64,000 nucleotides of DNA. It comes from Dimorphilus gyrociliatus (Eukaryota; Animalia; Annelida). Of this stretch, positions 1 to 11,094 are shown piece after piece. The stretch is from the NCBI GenBank assembly GCA_904063045.1, contig CAJFCJ010000025.1, positions 744,001 through 808,000 on the forward strand, written 5' to 3'. The notes under the pieces are model-generated. The model saw only the letters and a list, made by a program, of their open reading frames with translations, was not told the DNA's origin and did not search any database. Position numbers and translations under genes: made by a program. Numbering within the stretch: the first letter of the stretch is position 1; every line of letters starts with the position of its first letter.

Positions 1-1
1 C

Positions 2-2098
2 TATAATTGTATTAAAACGTTTTTAAGAGGAAAGACGGTTATTTTAGTAACTCATCATCAAGATTACGTTAAAGACGCCGATCTAGTGTTTCTACTTGAC
101 AATGGCAACTTTTCAACTGGTGACAAACAAAAAATAATAACCAATCTGGAAGACAAAGCTTCACATTTTCATAAAGACGATATAGAAAATCAACTTGACG
201 ATAAGGAAAACGAGAGAGATAATATGTGGGAAGAAGATGTCTGCTTAGGGTCGGTTTCTTGGTCAGTTTATTGGAATTTTTTAAAAAGTGGTAGTCTATG
301 GATATTTGGATTTTATTTCCTTCTATCAACTTGCACTCAAGCTACTCATAACTTTACAGACTTTTGGATAACGAGATGGTCGGAACTGTTTGATAATAAA
401 TCAACAAATGCTTCAGTTGACGATACAAAACCAAATTCAAACTTTCATATAGCAGTTTATTGTTTGTCAAATGGAGTATCGTTAATAATGATATTTATAG
501 CTTCTTTTCTGTTCTGTAGGGGACTTTATAGGGCTAGTAAAGACTTTCATCGTCAAATGCTCTTTCGAGTATTGAGAGCTCCAATATCGTTCTTTGATTC
601 AACTCCTATCGGTATCATTCTTAACAGATTTACAAGAGATACCGGTTTTATGGACGATTTGCTGTTGGTTGTTAGTGCCGATACACTACTATTAGGATTT
701 TTACTTTCTGGAACGTTTGCTACTGTTTGTATCTTGAATCCATTCACCCTTACAGCCATTCTGCCGCTCCTATTTCTTGCGGTATACTACCGGCAATATT
801 CTTTGCCTAAGACAAGAGAGTTTAAGAGATTAGACGCTCTTGCGAGATCACCGGTATATACTCACGTTTCAGAGACAATCGATGGTATTCAAACAATACG
901 ATCGTTCAATATGGAAAAGAAGTTTACTGATAAATTTCATGCGTTTCAAGATAGGCAATCAGTCGCGTGGTTTCTCTATATCTCATCCCACAGATGGTTG
1001 GGTAGGAGACTAGATACAATGATAGTGATATTTATTTCTATTACCGCTTTTGTAACTGTTGCCGTTAAGGGCTACTTAGATGCAAAGCTATTGGGTTTAT
1101 CGCTTACTTATTGTGCAACCTTGCTATTCGAAATGCAGTATTTTATAAGACAAACAGGAGAAGTTGAAAACTTGATGGTATCAGTAGAAAGAATTCTCAA
1201 GTTCAGATGCCTAGAAGAGGAGAAAATCGATGGCGATGAGAGTCCAATTTGTGAAGACTGTTCATTTTGGCCAAATTGTGGAAATATTAAATTTGATTCA
1301 GTATCCTTATCGTATAAACAGGACAATCAGCCAGTTCTTAAAAATTTGACCTTTGAAGTGAAAAAGGGTGAGAAAATTGGTATTATCGGTAGGACTGGGG
1401 CGGGTAAATCGTCTTTATTCACTGCAATTCTACGTCTAACCGAACCTGATGGAAGAATATATATAGATGGTAAAGAAATCAAGTCGATTTCCTTAGCAGC
1501 ACTTAGACAGGCTATATCGGTCATTCCGCAAGATCCAGTTCTCTTTAGTGGAACCCTTCGATATAATTTAGATCCGTCGAATGAATTTTCCGATGAGGAA
1601 ATTTTTAAAACTTTAAAACAAGTTCAATTAGATAAGAAAATTGAGAAAAATCCAAAAGGGTTATCGTTAGAAGTTTCCGAATCGGGCTTAAATTTTAGCG
1701 TTGGCGAAAGGCAGCTGATTTGTTTGGCAAGAGCTCTACTTAAAGATAATAGAATAATCTTAATTGACGAAGCAACTGCAAACGTCGACAATTATACAGA
1801 TCAACTAATTCAAAGAGCGATAAGGAATGAATTTTCAATGTGTACTGTATTAACCATAGCTCATAGAATGAATACTATACTAGATTCAGACAAAATACTG
1901 ATTTTGGAAAATGGTCAAATACTAAATTACGATAGCCCAGAGACACTTTTATTGCGAAAAGATAATTTATTTGCTGATCTACTGCGATCTAGTGATCAGA
2001 ATGCCGACGTAAAACCTATTAAAGCACAAGATAAAGATGAAATAATAGAAGAGGGTGATGGGCGTGGGGAGGTTAATCCAGGATACAAATCGGACTAA
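2..2098 (+). CDS. ABCC4: ABC transporter subfamily C, MRP4/ABCC4-like; 5'-partial (end of NBD1, TMD2, NBD2); no intron in the visible part
   Basis: The frame is open from base 2 (YNCIKTFLRGKTVILVTHHQDYV = NBD1 H-loop). TMD2 has ABCC motifs (FFDSTPIGIILNRFTRD, LDALARSPVYTHVSETIDGIQTIRSF, SVERI). NBD2 has Walker A GRTGAGKSS, Q-loop IPQDPVLFSGT, signature FSVGERQ, Walker B ILIDEAT and H-loop IAHR. Stop TAA at 2096-2098. Orthology to ABCC4 specifically is by resemblance only. Confidence 0.88.
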   Translation, partial: YNCIKTFLRGKTVILVTHHQDYVKDADLVFLLDNGNFSTGDKQKIITNLEDKASHFHKDDIENQLDDKENERDNMWEEDVCLGSVSWSVYWNFLKSGSLWIFGFYFLLSTCTQATHNFTDFWITRWSELFDNKSTNASVDDTKPNSNFHIAVYCLSNGVSLIMIFIASFLFCRGLYRASKDFHRQMLFRVLRAPISFFDSTPIGIILNRFTRDTGFMDDLLLVVSADTLLLGFLLSGTFATVCILNPFTLTAILPLLFLAVYYRQYSLPKTREFKRLDALARSPVYTHVSETIDGIQTIRSFNMEKKFTDKFHAFQDRQSVAWFLYISSHRWLGRRLDTMIVIFISITAFVTVAVKGYLDAKLLGLSLTYCATLLFEMQYFIRQTGEVENLMVSVERILKFRCLEEEKIDGDESPICEDCSFWPNCGNIKFDSVSLSYKQDNQPVLKNLTFEVKKGEKIGIIGRTGAGKSSLFTAILRLTEPDGRIYIDGKEIKSISLAALRQAISVIPQDPVLFSGTLRYNLDPSNEFSDEEIFKTLKQVQLDKKIEKNPKGLSLEVSESGLNFSVGERQLICLARALLKDNRIILIDEATANVDNYTDQLIQRAIRNEFSMCTVLTIAHRMNTILDSDKILILENGQILNYDSPETLLLRKDNLFADLLRSSDQNADVKPIKAQDKDEIIEEGDGRGEVNPGYKSD

Positions 2099-2955
2099 CC
2101 ACAATCTACTATAGAGAAACTATACCAGTTTGTTTGTTTCAAAGAGTGCAAAGGTTATTTTTTTTTGCTAAAAAATAAATGTATTAATAAAAGTGTATAC
2201 ATTAAAACCAGCTACAAGCGAAAATTTCATAAAGATTAATGCAAAAATATTAAGATTTTTGTCCGAAACATCGCGTTCACTCCTTTTCCACAGAAAGCTG
2301 CATAGCTGATAGACAAAGCCAAAAAAAAATTAATAGTTGAATAAAAAACTGAACAAACAACTGCTTGCCAAAACAAACTGCCAAATCAGTTTGACCACTT
2401 TCCCATTCACACTTATAAAAACAGGGGTCAAGCTTTATTATTTTTTTTTTTTTGTTAAATAGCAGACTAACTTTCATACAATTATGTATAAGGATATACA
2501 TGAAAAGTATTATGATAAAAGCATAACTAGCAACAAATTAGGTTTTAAGGGTTGTTTTTAATCCTCTATGATCCAAATTCTACTATTTCAAAAGAACGAA
2601 ACAAAAAAATAGACGACACTTTTTTTTGCAAAGTATTTACTACTGCCGTATTTTGAAAAAAAAAACATACAAGCAATAAGCAAAATTTTACATACATTAA
2701 CAGTATGCCTTCATGGATTTTCATAGATTATACTAATTGCTATACTACTAACAGTTAGTAGAATCTTTGAAATCCTCGAAAAGAGAAATCACCGAGTCGA
2801 AAGAGATATCGAAAATGAAACAAAAATCAGGCATAATTCTTCGACGCGCAAAGTAATATGAATATATGTATATATATATATATAAACTAAAAAAATTAGG
2901 AATCGTCAATTTTTACTAAATTTTCTTTTCATAATAAGTTGTAAGCGACTTCTTT

Positions 2956-5900
2956 TTACTTCTTTTTTCCCTTTGTGAAAGAGGGCATTCTAAATTTTTT
3001 CTTCTTCTTTTCACTCTTTCCAATTTCTTTAGCGGGAGAGCCCTCGCGACTGCCTTCAGTTGCGGCACTTGAAACTGATTTCGTAGGTGAAGCCGCGGCT
3101 GTAGCATCTTCTCCGTTCATAGATACTGTAGGTGGAAAAATTAAATTTATAATCTATTGTTTAAATTATTGAATTAGAAAGAATTCACGATAATCATAAA
3201 TCTTATAAAGAAAATCATTAACATTTAAATAAAAAAATATCAAGAAGTTATTCGCAAGTTGCACAAAAGATTTTTTGCCCATTTATCCTTAATTACAAGA
3301 CAGAGAGTAAGTATTTTAGAGGGATACAAAAAGGCTTAACACAAGAGTAAATAAACATTATAACATTAGCCAATATCAGGAGCTGTAAAAGTTTTACAAA
3401 ATATTCACGTTGTTAGTGCAAAACCAATAGTTGGAGTGTATACAAATAAGCAAGATACTAAAGCCTATTCAATTTCAGTATGCTTTTCCAAACATTATTT
3501 AGAGACATGCGAACCCTGCCGACAGACGGCGTTACCTCACCAATACGTCTCTGCTCCTGAAATCTTGCTAGTCTAGATCTCCTTAAATCAACATCCTCAG
3601 AGGCACCTCTTGGTATAGTCTCTGACAGGTTGTTAGATTGGGATGTAGAATTATAAAAAAAATTTAAACTTTTTAATATAAACTTGCTTTAAAGTATTAA
3701 CATATTAACTATTCTGACAGTTTTCACTTATCAAATTAGTTAGTTAACTTTTGTAAAAGCAAGAAAATATTCAATAGATAAAAGCGAATCAATAATTAAA
3801 AAAGCATGTGTTAAAGAAGGAATATCTATAACTTACGAAGTTTTCTAGAAGGAGTTTTTTCCGAACTCGTTCTAGGGTTGCTTTGGGTGGTGACAGCTAT
3901 AAACAGAATACATGTACATGCAATGGAAACAACATTCAGATGATAAAATCCTTCTCGCACCAACCTATTTCAGTGGATGCTGCAGGTTTTTCGGGAATCG
4001 TCGACCCTCTAACTGTTAGTTGAAACAACAAAATATCTAACTAGAGCTAAATCTAAAATATTGCGTGCTAATGTTAGTAAGTGTTAAATATCTTAATGGA
4101 AAAACTGACAACATATAATGGTGTATGAAAAAACGAGTTTCGAAAAAAAGGAAAATTTGGGATAGTATTTCAACTTGTGCATTAGATTATGATAGTCTCA
4201 GTAAAGTAATTACGGCTTTTATGACTGCTTTGCCATTACGTGAATAATACAAACCTGGGTCTAAATTTTTAAGCTCGTATTTATCTGGTCTACGAGCACC
4301 ACCAGGTCTATCAGTTAGGTCCTTCAAGTCCTCGTTTAAGTTAACTAATAGACGCCCATAATGTGATCGCAATAACAAAAATTACAAACATAAACGATTG
4401 ACATCGATCTATAATTGACAAAAAAAACAAACAAACCAACCTGACTGAACAGTGGTGGTTTGTAGAGTCGATGGAGCTTCTCCTTGGCGTACTTTCTTAA
4501 TACGTTCCTCGGTAGAAATCAGACGACCTTCTGCCCCAGGTGATGGAAGTTCTCCTAAGTAAAATAGTTTGTTAAGTAATAATATTCGACGATATATTGA
4601 ATGACAAGAACCTCTTTCTTTTCTTTCCAGATCCTGTTTGTACTTTTGCAAGTCATCTTCTGTCATATTTGTAAATGGATTTGGTGTAACAGTTTGCTTG
4701 TAGACTGTAGCATTATGTTGGTGATCGCGTTGTATAATTCCTTTAGATGCAGCCCCAATAGTAATTATTTGATCAGGATTATCCTGTCATCAAGAATAAT
4801 ATAAATAAATATGCAATATCACTCTTACATAAATATACAAACAAATATACTGTCAGCTGTCAGTAGATGTCATCGACTGACAAAGCAACATAACATTGTC
4901 AGTTATTTTTTTAGTATGGCATAAAACTAAATAAATAAATAAAATAGATAATGCTGACATAACACTATATTGATGAAAAAGATGTCGCTACTGTAGCCAC
5001 AATTTTAACCACGTCCTCAAACATACCTCTCTACTAGTACTTTTCACTGCTAACTATAGAGCACATATGAATGAACTAAATGAATTATAGCGTATAAAAT
5101 AATAAAATAAAAGAGTCTCCGAGGCACGCCAGACATCGATTAGTGTTCAATATTAATTAAATCCCAACATCTGCTATATTCTGGCTAATTATTCATTAAT
5201 TATTCTTTTTAGCTGGAATACTCTGTACTCATGAGACAAACATCGACTCTAGATTCTAGAGTATTCAAACTTCAGAAATCGTTCTCACGTGGCAATAAAG
5301 GACAGATGTTGTTTGATCAAAATGTTTTCTGCTATTAACGAAATTTTATTCCGTGAAAATTCGATGATAAAATTTTTTTAATAGTTTTATTTAAAAAAAT
5401 TATGCTTGTAGTAAGTGACATAGGCTTACCATGTAATTTTTTTTACTTTGAGAAATTTATTCAACATATTTTAGACGGTCTACTTGTAAATCAATTAGTC
5501 TAGTAATTTTGCGCTATCTTAACCAAATATATCCGTTCAATAAAAAGCTAATTTTATTAGATCGATGACCGACGGCGTGGTGAACAATGGGAACGTAATA
5601 GAGTAAATAAATCTACTTTTAATGCATATTCCCACATATCTTTATTAGATATGCCTCATATGTCGCGTTAAAACTTTTGAACAGTTAAATTACAATAAAG
5701 GATAATGTTTTAGGGAAAAATTTTGATTTAAAACTATTTCATATTTCAGCTAAAATCCTATAAAACTAACTTGAATTTTATTGCATTATTCAAATACTAC
5801 CTACTCAAATTTTTTAGGCAATGGACTAGTTATTTTAAAAGTTTTCAGTATAATAATAGAAATTGTTGATTTCGTAAATAAAAATTTTAGAACTAACAAA

Positions 5901-8900
5901 TGACCTCAAGGCTTCAACTGATAAAACTTTTCTACGGGTCAAAAAATATACATTGGTTGAGTGACGCTTTATTCGTTTCATTCAATAGTTAGGCCTACAG
6001 GTGGTGCCACCTTCACAGTTACCTAGAAAAGTTTCTGTTTAACGTTAATTAAAGTAACGGATTCATATCCGGGGTAATTGTTTCCCTGGTATTGTATGGA
6101 TTAAAGGAGTAGCATGATAGAGTTATGCAATTAACTGCTAATAACATATCAAAATACCCTTAAATGTATCTACTATAAAGGATATTCAAGGGAAAATGAT
6201 ATTTGTAACTAATTCCTTTGATCTATTTGCTAAAAGAAAAAGCATAGTAATTCTATAAACTATGATTATGATGCTTTGCTTCCAATTATTTAGATATGTT
6301 ACGAAGGTATAATTGATTTAATTTCAACTTTTACAATGATGGCGATAGCATAGAATTATATAACATCTTTGATTGGAAGAGAAAATAAAAAATACATTAA
6401 ATCTTACAGAGGAGATGAGAAACACGTTAAATCCAAAATTTTCTCTCCCATTTCCGGATTTAAAATGCCTGGCGGCACTTTCATCAAAAATAGAATAAAT
6501 AAACGAGTTGACAATGGACTTTTATAAAGAAATGATCCACGATTAACAAAAAAATTCATGCCTTTCAGTCTGATCGACGTGCAAAAAGGTGATCGAATAA
6601 TCTTATTCATCTTTTAACACACGCAGGAGAAGCGAAAGAGTCAAGAAATATAAGGATATTGCTTATACCACTCCTATTCGTTGTTGACATTTGAATAAAA
6701 AATTGAAGCTTTCATATCTACAACTTAGTCTTAAGCAAAAAAACTATAAATAATCATACAAACGACCAACTCATTCGCTTTTATAAGAAATTATTAATTT
6801 TCTAGTGTATCCAAAAAGGCTTTTGATGTTGTTTCTAAGATATAAAATTGAATTCGAACTAACCTGCATCTGTCTAGCCTCATCCCAAGTCGCACCCTCT
6901 AAAATTTTAGACTGAGGACCAGCGTCGATTCTATCTTCATAATACTCCTTCCTAATTTGTTGATGTTTTTCCCTTAATTCGTGTGGGTTATGTCCTTGGG
7001 GGGCAAATTGGTTTGGATTATCTACGACCTTAACTGTCTGTCCTCCATTTCCTCCGTCTTTCGATTCAACCCATACCGTAAACTTTTTGGGATTTTCGGT
7101 GGCCCCAATTTCTTCAATCTATTTGCGTTTTTTTAAGTTATTGTTTTAAGAAGATTACCAGAAAATGGCAATTGGAAAATTTTGTTGGTGGAATCGTCGG
7201 TCGTAAAATTTAAACAAACTATGTAATGTTACATATTACGTGTAAAAAAAAAGGTTTACGATAACTTTCATTCAACTTAACTCTAATCATAAGTTATATC
7301 TACATTGACGAAGGTATTAAAGGTAATACAAACAAGTTCAAAAATGTATACAATTTATAGTATATATATATACAGTATATGTAGATTTGTAATATATCAA
7401 TGTAGAGTGCATGCATTAGGTAGTGTTATTTAATTCTTATGTAACAATTTAGTACGTTATGGTGTTTGAATTTAAGACTCGTAATAAGATATTTTCTGTT
7501 TTACAAAATTAAAACTTTTAATAAGTTTTTATCTAGTATAAAAATCTTGTTTAGATCTAGCGGTTTAATTTACATATTATTCTATAAAATGACTGGTAGA
7601 GAAGTATTGTGTTTGAGACTTTCTTATTGAATCATATGTCTAATTCTACTAATGCATGCAAGAAGAGCATAACAGCTATTTCATCCTTTAAGTCAATCGT
7701 GACTTGAAAATTTGTAATTGATTTATCTACAAAAATTTAGATAAAGCATGCAAGTGACTGAATAATTAGGTTTTTAAACTATCCTACAAAACACAACAAA
7801 ATGAAGCTTTCAACGAGCCGACCTTTTTTGGTCAAAAGATATAAAAAGCTGCTTACCTGTTTTTTTTCATAAACATTTGGGGATCCTAACCACTTTGTCT
7901 TTTTAGCTTTTTTCTGTAGTTCTTGATGCCTTCTCATAGGGCTCATAGGTTCATCAAGCAGTCCAGATGATAATGCTGCTGGGGGATATTCGATTTCGTC
8001 GTTCAATCGACCTTGTCCATCTTTACGAGAAATTGATTGGTATGGATAGTCAGTTCTATACCCAGCCTGATCCAACAATCGAATATAGGCTTCAAATTCT
8101 TGTTTACCGCTCGACTTAAAAGAATCAGCTATTTTTTCGCGTTCTTCTTCTGGAATCAAGCTCAAGTTATCTAATCCAACTGGTAGGACGCGAATTTGGG
8201 CTTCACAAGCAGTTAAAACCTGGTTGCCTATCCATGTGGCCTCTTCAACAGACTCTCCTCCGATTAGAAAACCACAGTTTCGAATCATCAAAACCTTATT
8301 AGATGGGCCTAAGCATCTATTGATTGATAAAATGTCAATTAACATTCGATTTGCCGAAGAAAATTCTTAATTACCTGATTATTTCTTTCTTTTCTTGATC
8401 ATTCAGACCAGAGAAGGAAGCAGCTTCGAAAGTGCTATACTGTCCAACGACACATGCGTGTTGAGAAATTGGTAAGAGTCCGCTTTTCAATGAAGAAACA
8501 GCCAGGGCATTGGGACTTTGCAGAGGAAGAAGAACCTTAATATCTGGTCGAGCAGCATGAATTTCGGCATAAGTAGACCAGACTTTCTTATGATGTTCTA
8601 AGGTAGTAGAACCAGCATCCTGAACCTGACCAAGCATGTCAACTTTGATCAGCGACGAGGCGGTCAATTCACTGGGGAGAAGACCTGGAAAACGTAATTG
8701 AAAAACCTAATTAATATATATTTTGATTTTGTCAAAAAGTTACATTTGTCGAATAGAGAAACGAATAGGTCTTGTTTGTATTCTAAATCAATCTATCTTT
8801 TATTTAGATTCGTTTTGTATTCTTAATTCTTTTGTCTATTTACGTTAGACTTAGATTTCGCGACCGAAAAAAAGAATAAGTACCCTATATACGGATTTTT

Positions 8901-11094
8901 TTTTGTTTTCCCTTAATAAATTAATATTTACATAATCAACAATCGTATACAAACGCCCAACAAACATGCTAAAATAGAAGAATTGTAACTCGTATTTAGA
9001 GTTAGCAGGAAAAATGTTTAATATAAATATAGACAATTGACTCAAGTTTGCTATTTTAATTATCTACTGATTTTTGTAGGGTAAAATACAATTTTTTGCA
9101 TAGTCTTAACGTCAAATAGGTCAAACAATCTCGAGAAGATACTAATCTATTAACCATGGCCTATTCTACAGGTAAAACGTATCAATTTTCTTATGTCAAA
9201 TCATAGAAAATTTGGCCTCAATTTTAGCTGCAGATGAGAAGTGAGCATGTCTGGGTAAGCGTAGAACATCAAACAAGTCCAGTATAAGTGACATATAAAA
9301 AATACGATTAACAATAGACAAGGTACTTTGAAGAAAAAACGTATTCTTTAAGTGCGAGCATATTACAAATGTAAAATGATAAAAGCATGCGAGTACAAAA
9401 AATATGTGGTACATGATTGATAGACAGCTTGTACATGTCTTTAATTTAATAGTTTATCATCTCTATTATTCATGAATTGACTATTTATTATAATTGAAAT
9501 TAAATCAATTTTTTTTTAATATTTTATGCCTTATTCACCCTCATATTTATCATATATATAATAAATTAATTGAATGTTTTTCCTACCCACGTTATGACTA
9601 GAAACTAAAGAAAACCTATTTTATAAGCTAGCAGGAAAGGCATATGTATTTATCGACTTTATCTCTTTTCTTATTCTACTCAATATATATCTTGTTTTTG
9701 GTATTGCTTTAAAGTAAATAAATCTCAACAAACCTGAGGGTGGTATCAAGAAATGCTCGGGATTCTTTCCGAGTTTTAAGCTCAACACCGAATTGCTTCC
9801 TGTCGTCCAGCCCAACGTTTCAATAAGTCTGGCGGTACTTGCTAATTTGCATCTTGCCGCTTTTTCAGAGTTAGAGTATTTGAGAGCATCCACACCTCTT
9901 AAATCGCTGATAGGTAAGACACCGCTGTGAGAGAAGCTTATTCCACCTAATTCAGCAGGTGTACGATGTGATGGCAATACGAGCCTGAAAGAAAAGTTAA
10001 TATTTTAAAAATCCTCAATTATTCCATAGAAAATAACAAGTATAATACTTATTACATAGGATATTATACCGATATCAAAACATGTACATGCATAAATTTG
10101 GCAAATTAACAAAATTGTTCAATTTTTCTTTTAATAATCTTACAACTCAAATTCAAAGAACCTAGTATTCTTCCTAAGTTTTTACTATACATGATCAGTT
10201 GGAAGTTCTGGAATTCCTTGAGGTTTGAAAATATCCGCAAGGTATACTTGCTTTTTGGCTGTTGGTGTGAAATATAAGGTCTAGCTGCTTTTTTAAATTG
10301 TACTTACACAGTACCTTAAAAATTATTAAGCAGAAAAGCTAAATTAACATTTCTCATCCGCAAAGCTACTTTCTAACATACTAACAACTTAAAAAGAACT
10401 TAGACTACCGTTAATCGAACCTGTATAAATATGCAAGGAATGTTCTAGGGAATGCCTTTTGCAGGAGGAAAATAAAACAGACTTAATCATATGTCAAATC
10501 TACTCTCTTATTTTGTGGATTATCTCAAAATTTTTGGTCTATTTACGCTTGTAGTTTACATAATAAATGTTTATATTGGACATATATAATCAGAAAAAGT
10601 TTGCCTATAAAACCCATATTTTTTATACAAGCGAAACTAGTAAATACCAAGACAATGCCTCCATATTATCAAAATTACGCTGAAATTTGAATTACTATCA
10701 TTCTACCGGAAATCATTTTTTTGGTTAAAATAAGCCAATAGTATTTGTCAAGTGCAATGTAGAACATTTATTTTTGGAAAGCATTCAAACAGGTTTCGTC
10801 TAATTGCTTTACTTTTTATATTATTTTTAAATGAAATATGTCGAAAACTTACCTCGATAGTTCTTGGAGAACAGCAAAGGATTCAGTTCCCTTTCCCGGT
10901 ACTAATGTATCGTTTACAATTTGTTCTAATTCATCTTTGAACGATTGACTTGTTAGAATTTCATGAACTCTCTTTCTTGTATCCATCTGTCTTAAATCTT
11001 CTTTCACGTCTGCAGGACGTCTGATTTGACGTTGATATTCTGGATCGTCTCTATCGACGCCGTTTACTAGGTCGCCGTTAGTCTTGTCGGTCAT
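2956..11094 (-). CDS. ADD1: Adducin (hts/ADD1-like): class II aldolase-like head plus C-terminal MARCKS-like domain, about 750 aa with all exons
   Basis: Hand-spliced GT-AG exons: 11094-10853, 9984-9734, 8684-8375, 8316-7857, 7118-6864, 4783-4612, 4554-4441, 4344-4255, 4012-3965, 3896-3837, 3621-3541, 3125-2956; total 2253 nt = 751 codons. Motifs: RCKLASTARL, EHFLIPPSGLLPSELTASSLIKVD, NPNQFAP, AGPQSKIL, GAASKGIIQRDHQHNATVY, and terminal KKKKKFRMPSFTKGKKK* (MARCKS-like). Confidence 0.95.

Noticed and set aside
69-1524. Minus-strand ORFs at 69-329, 553-759, 1108-1326 and 1327-1524
   Set aside because: Antisense shadows of the ABCC coding sequence with no recognisable motifs.
3124-3130. TACTGTA at 3124 and 62021 as transposon footprints
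   Set aside because: The first is the adducin splice acceptor (CTACAG) and the second lies in coding sequence; both were excluded from the count.
5560-5601. Plus-strand 42-nt exon-like segment (IDDRRRGEQWERNR) antisense in an adducin intron, and a similar one at about 9155-9255
   Set aside because: No partner exons could be linked into an ORF; isolated AG/GT pairs are expected by chance.
10193-10285. Possible 93-nt phase-2 cassette exon in adducin intron 1
   Set aside because: The frame fits but the acceptor is preceded by an A-rich rather than pyrimidine tract, and the peptide has no adducin similarity.
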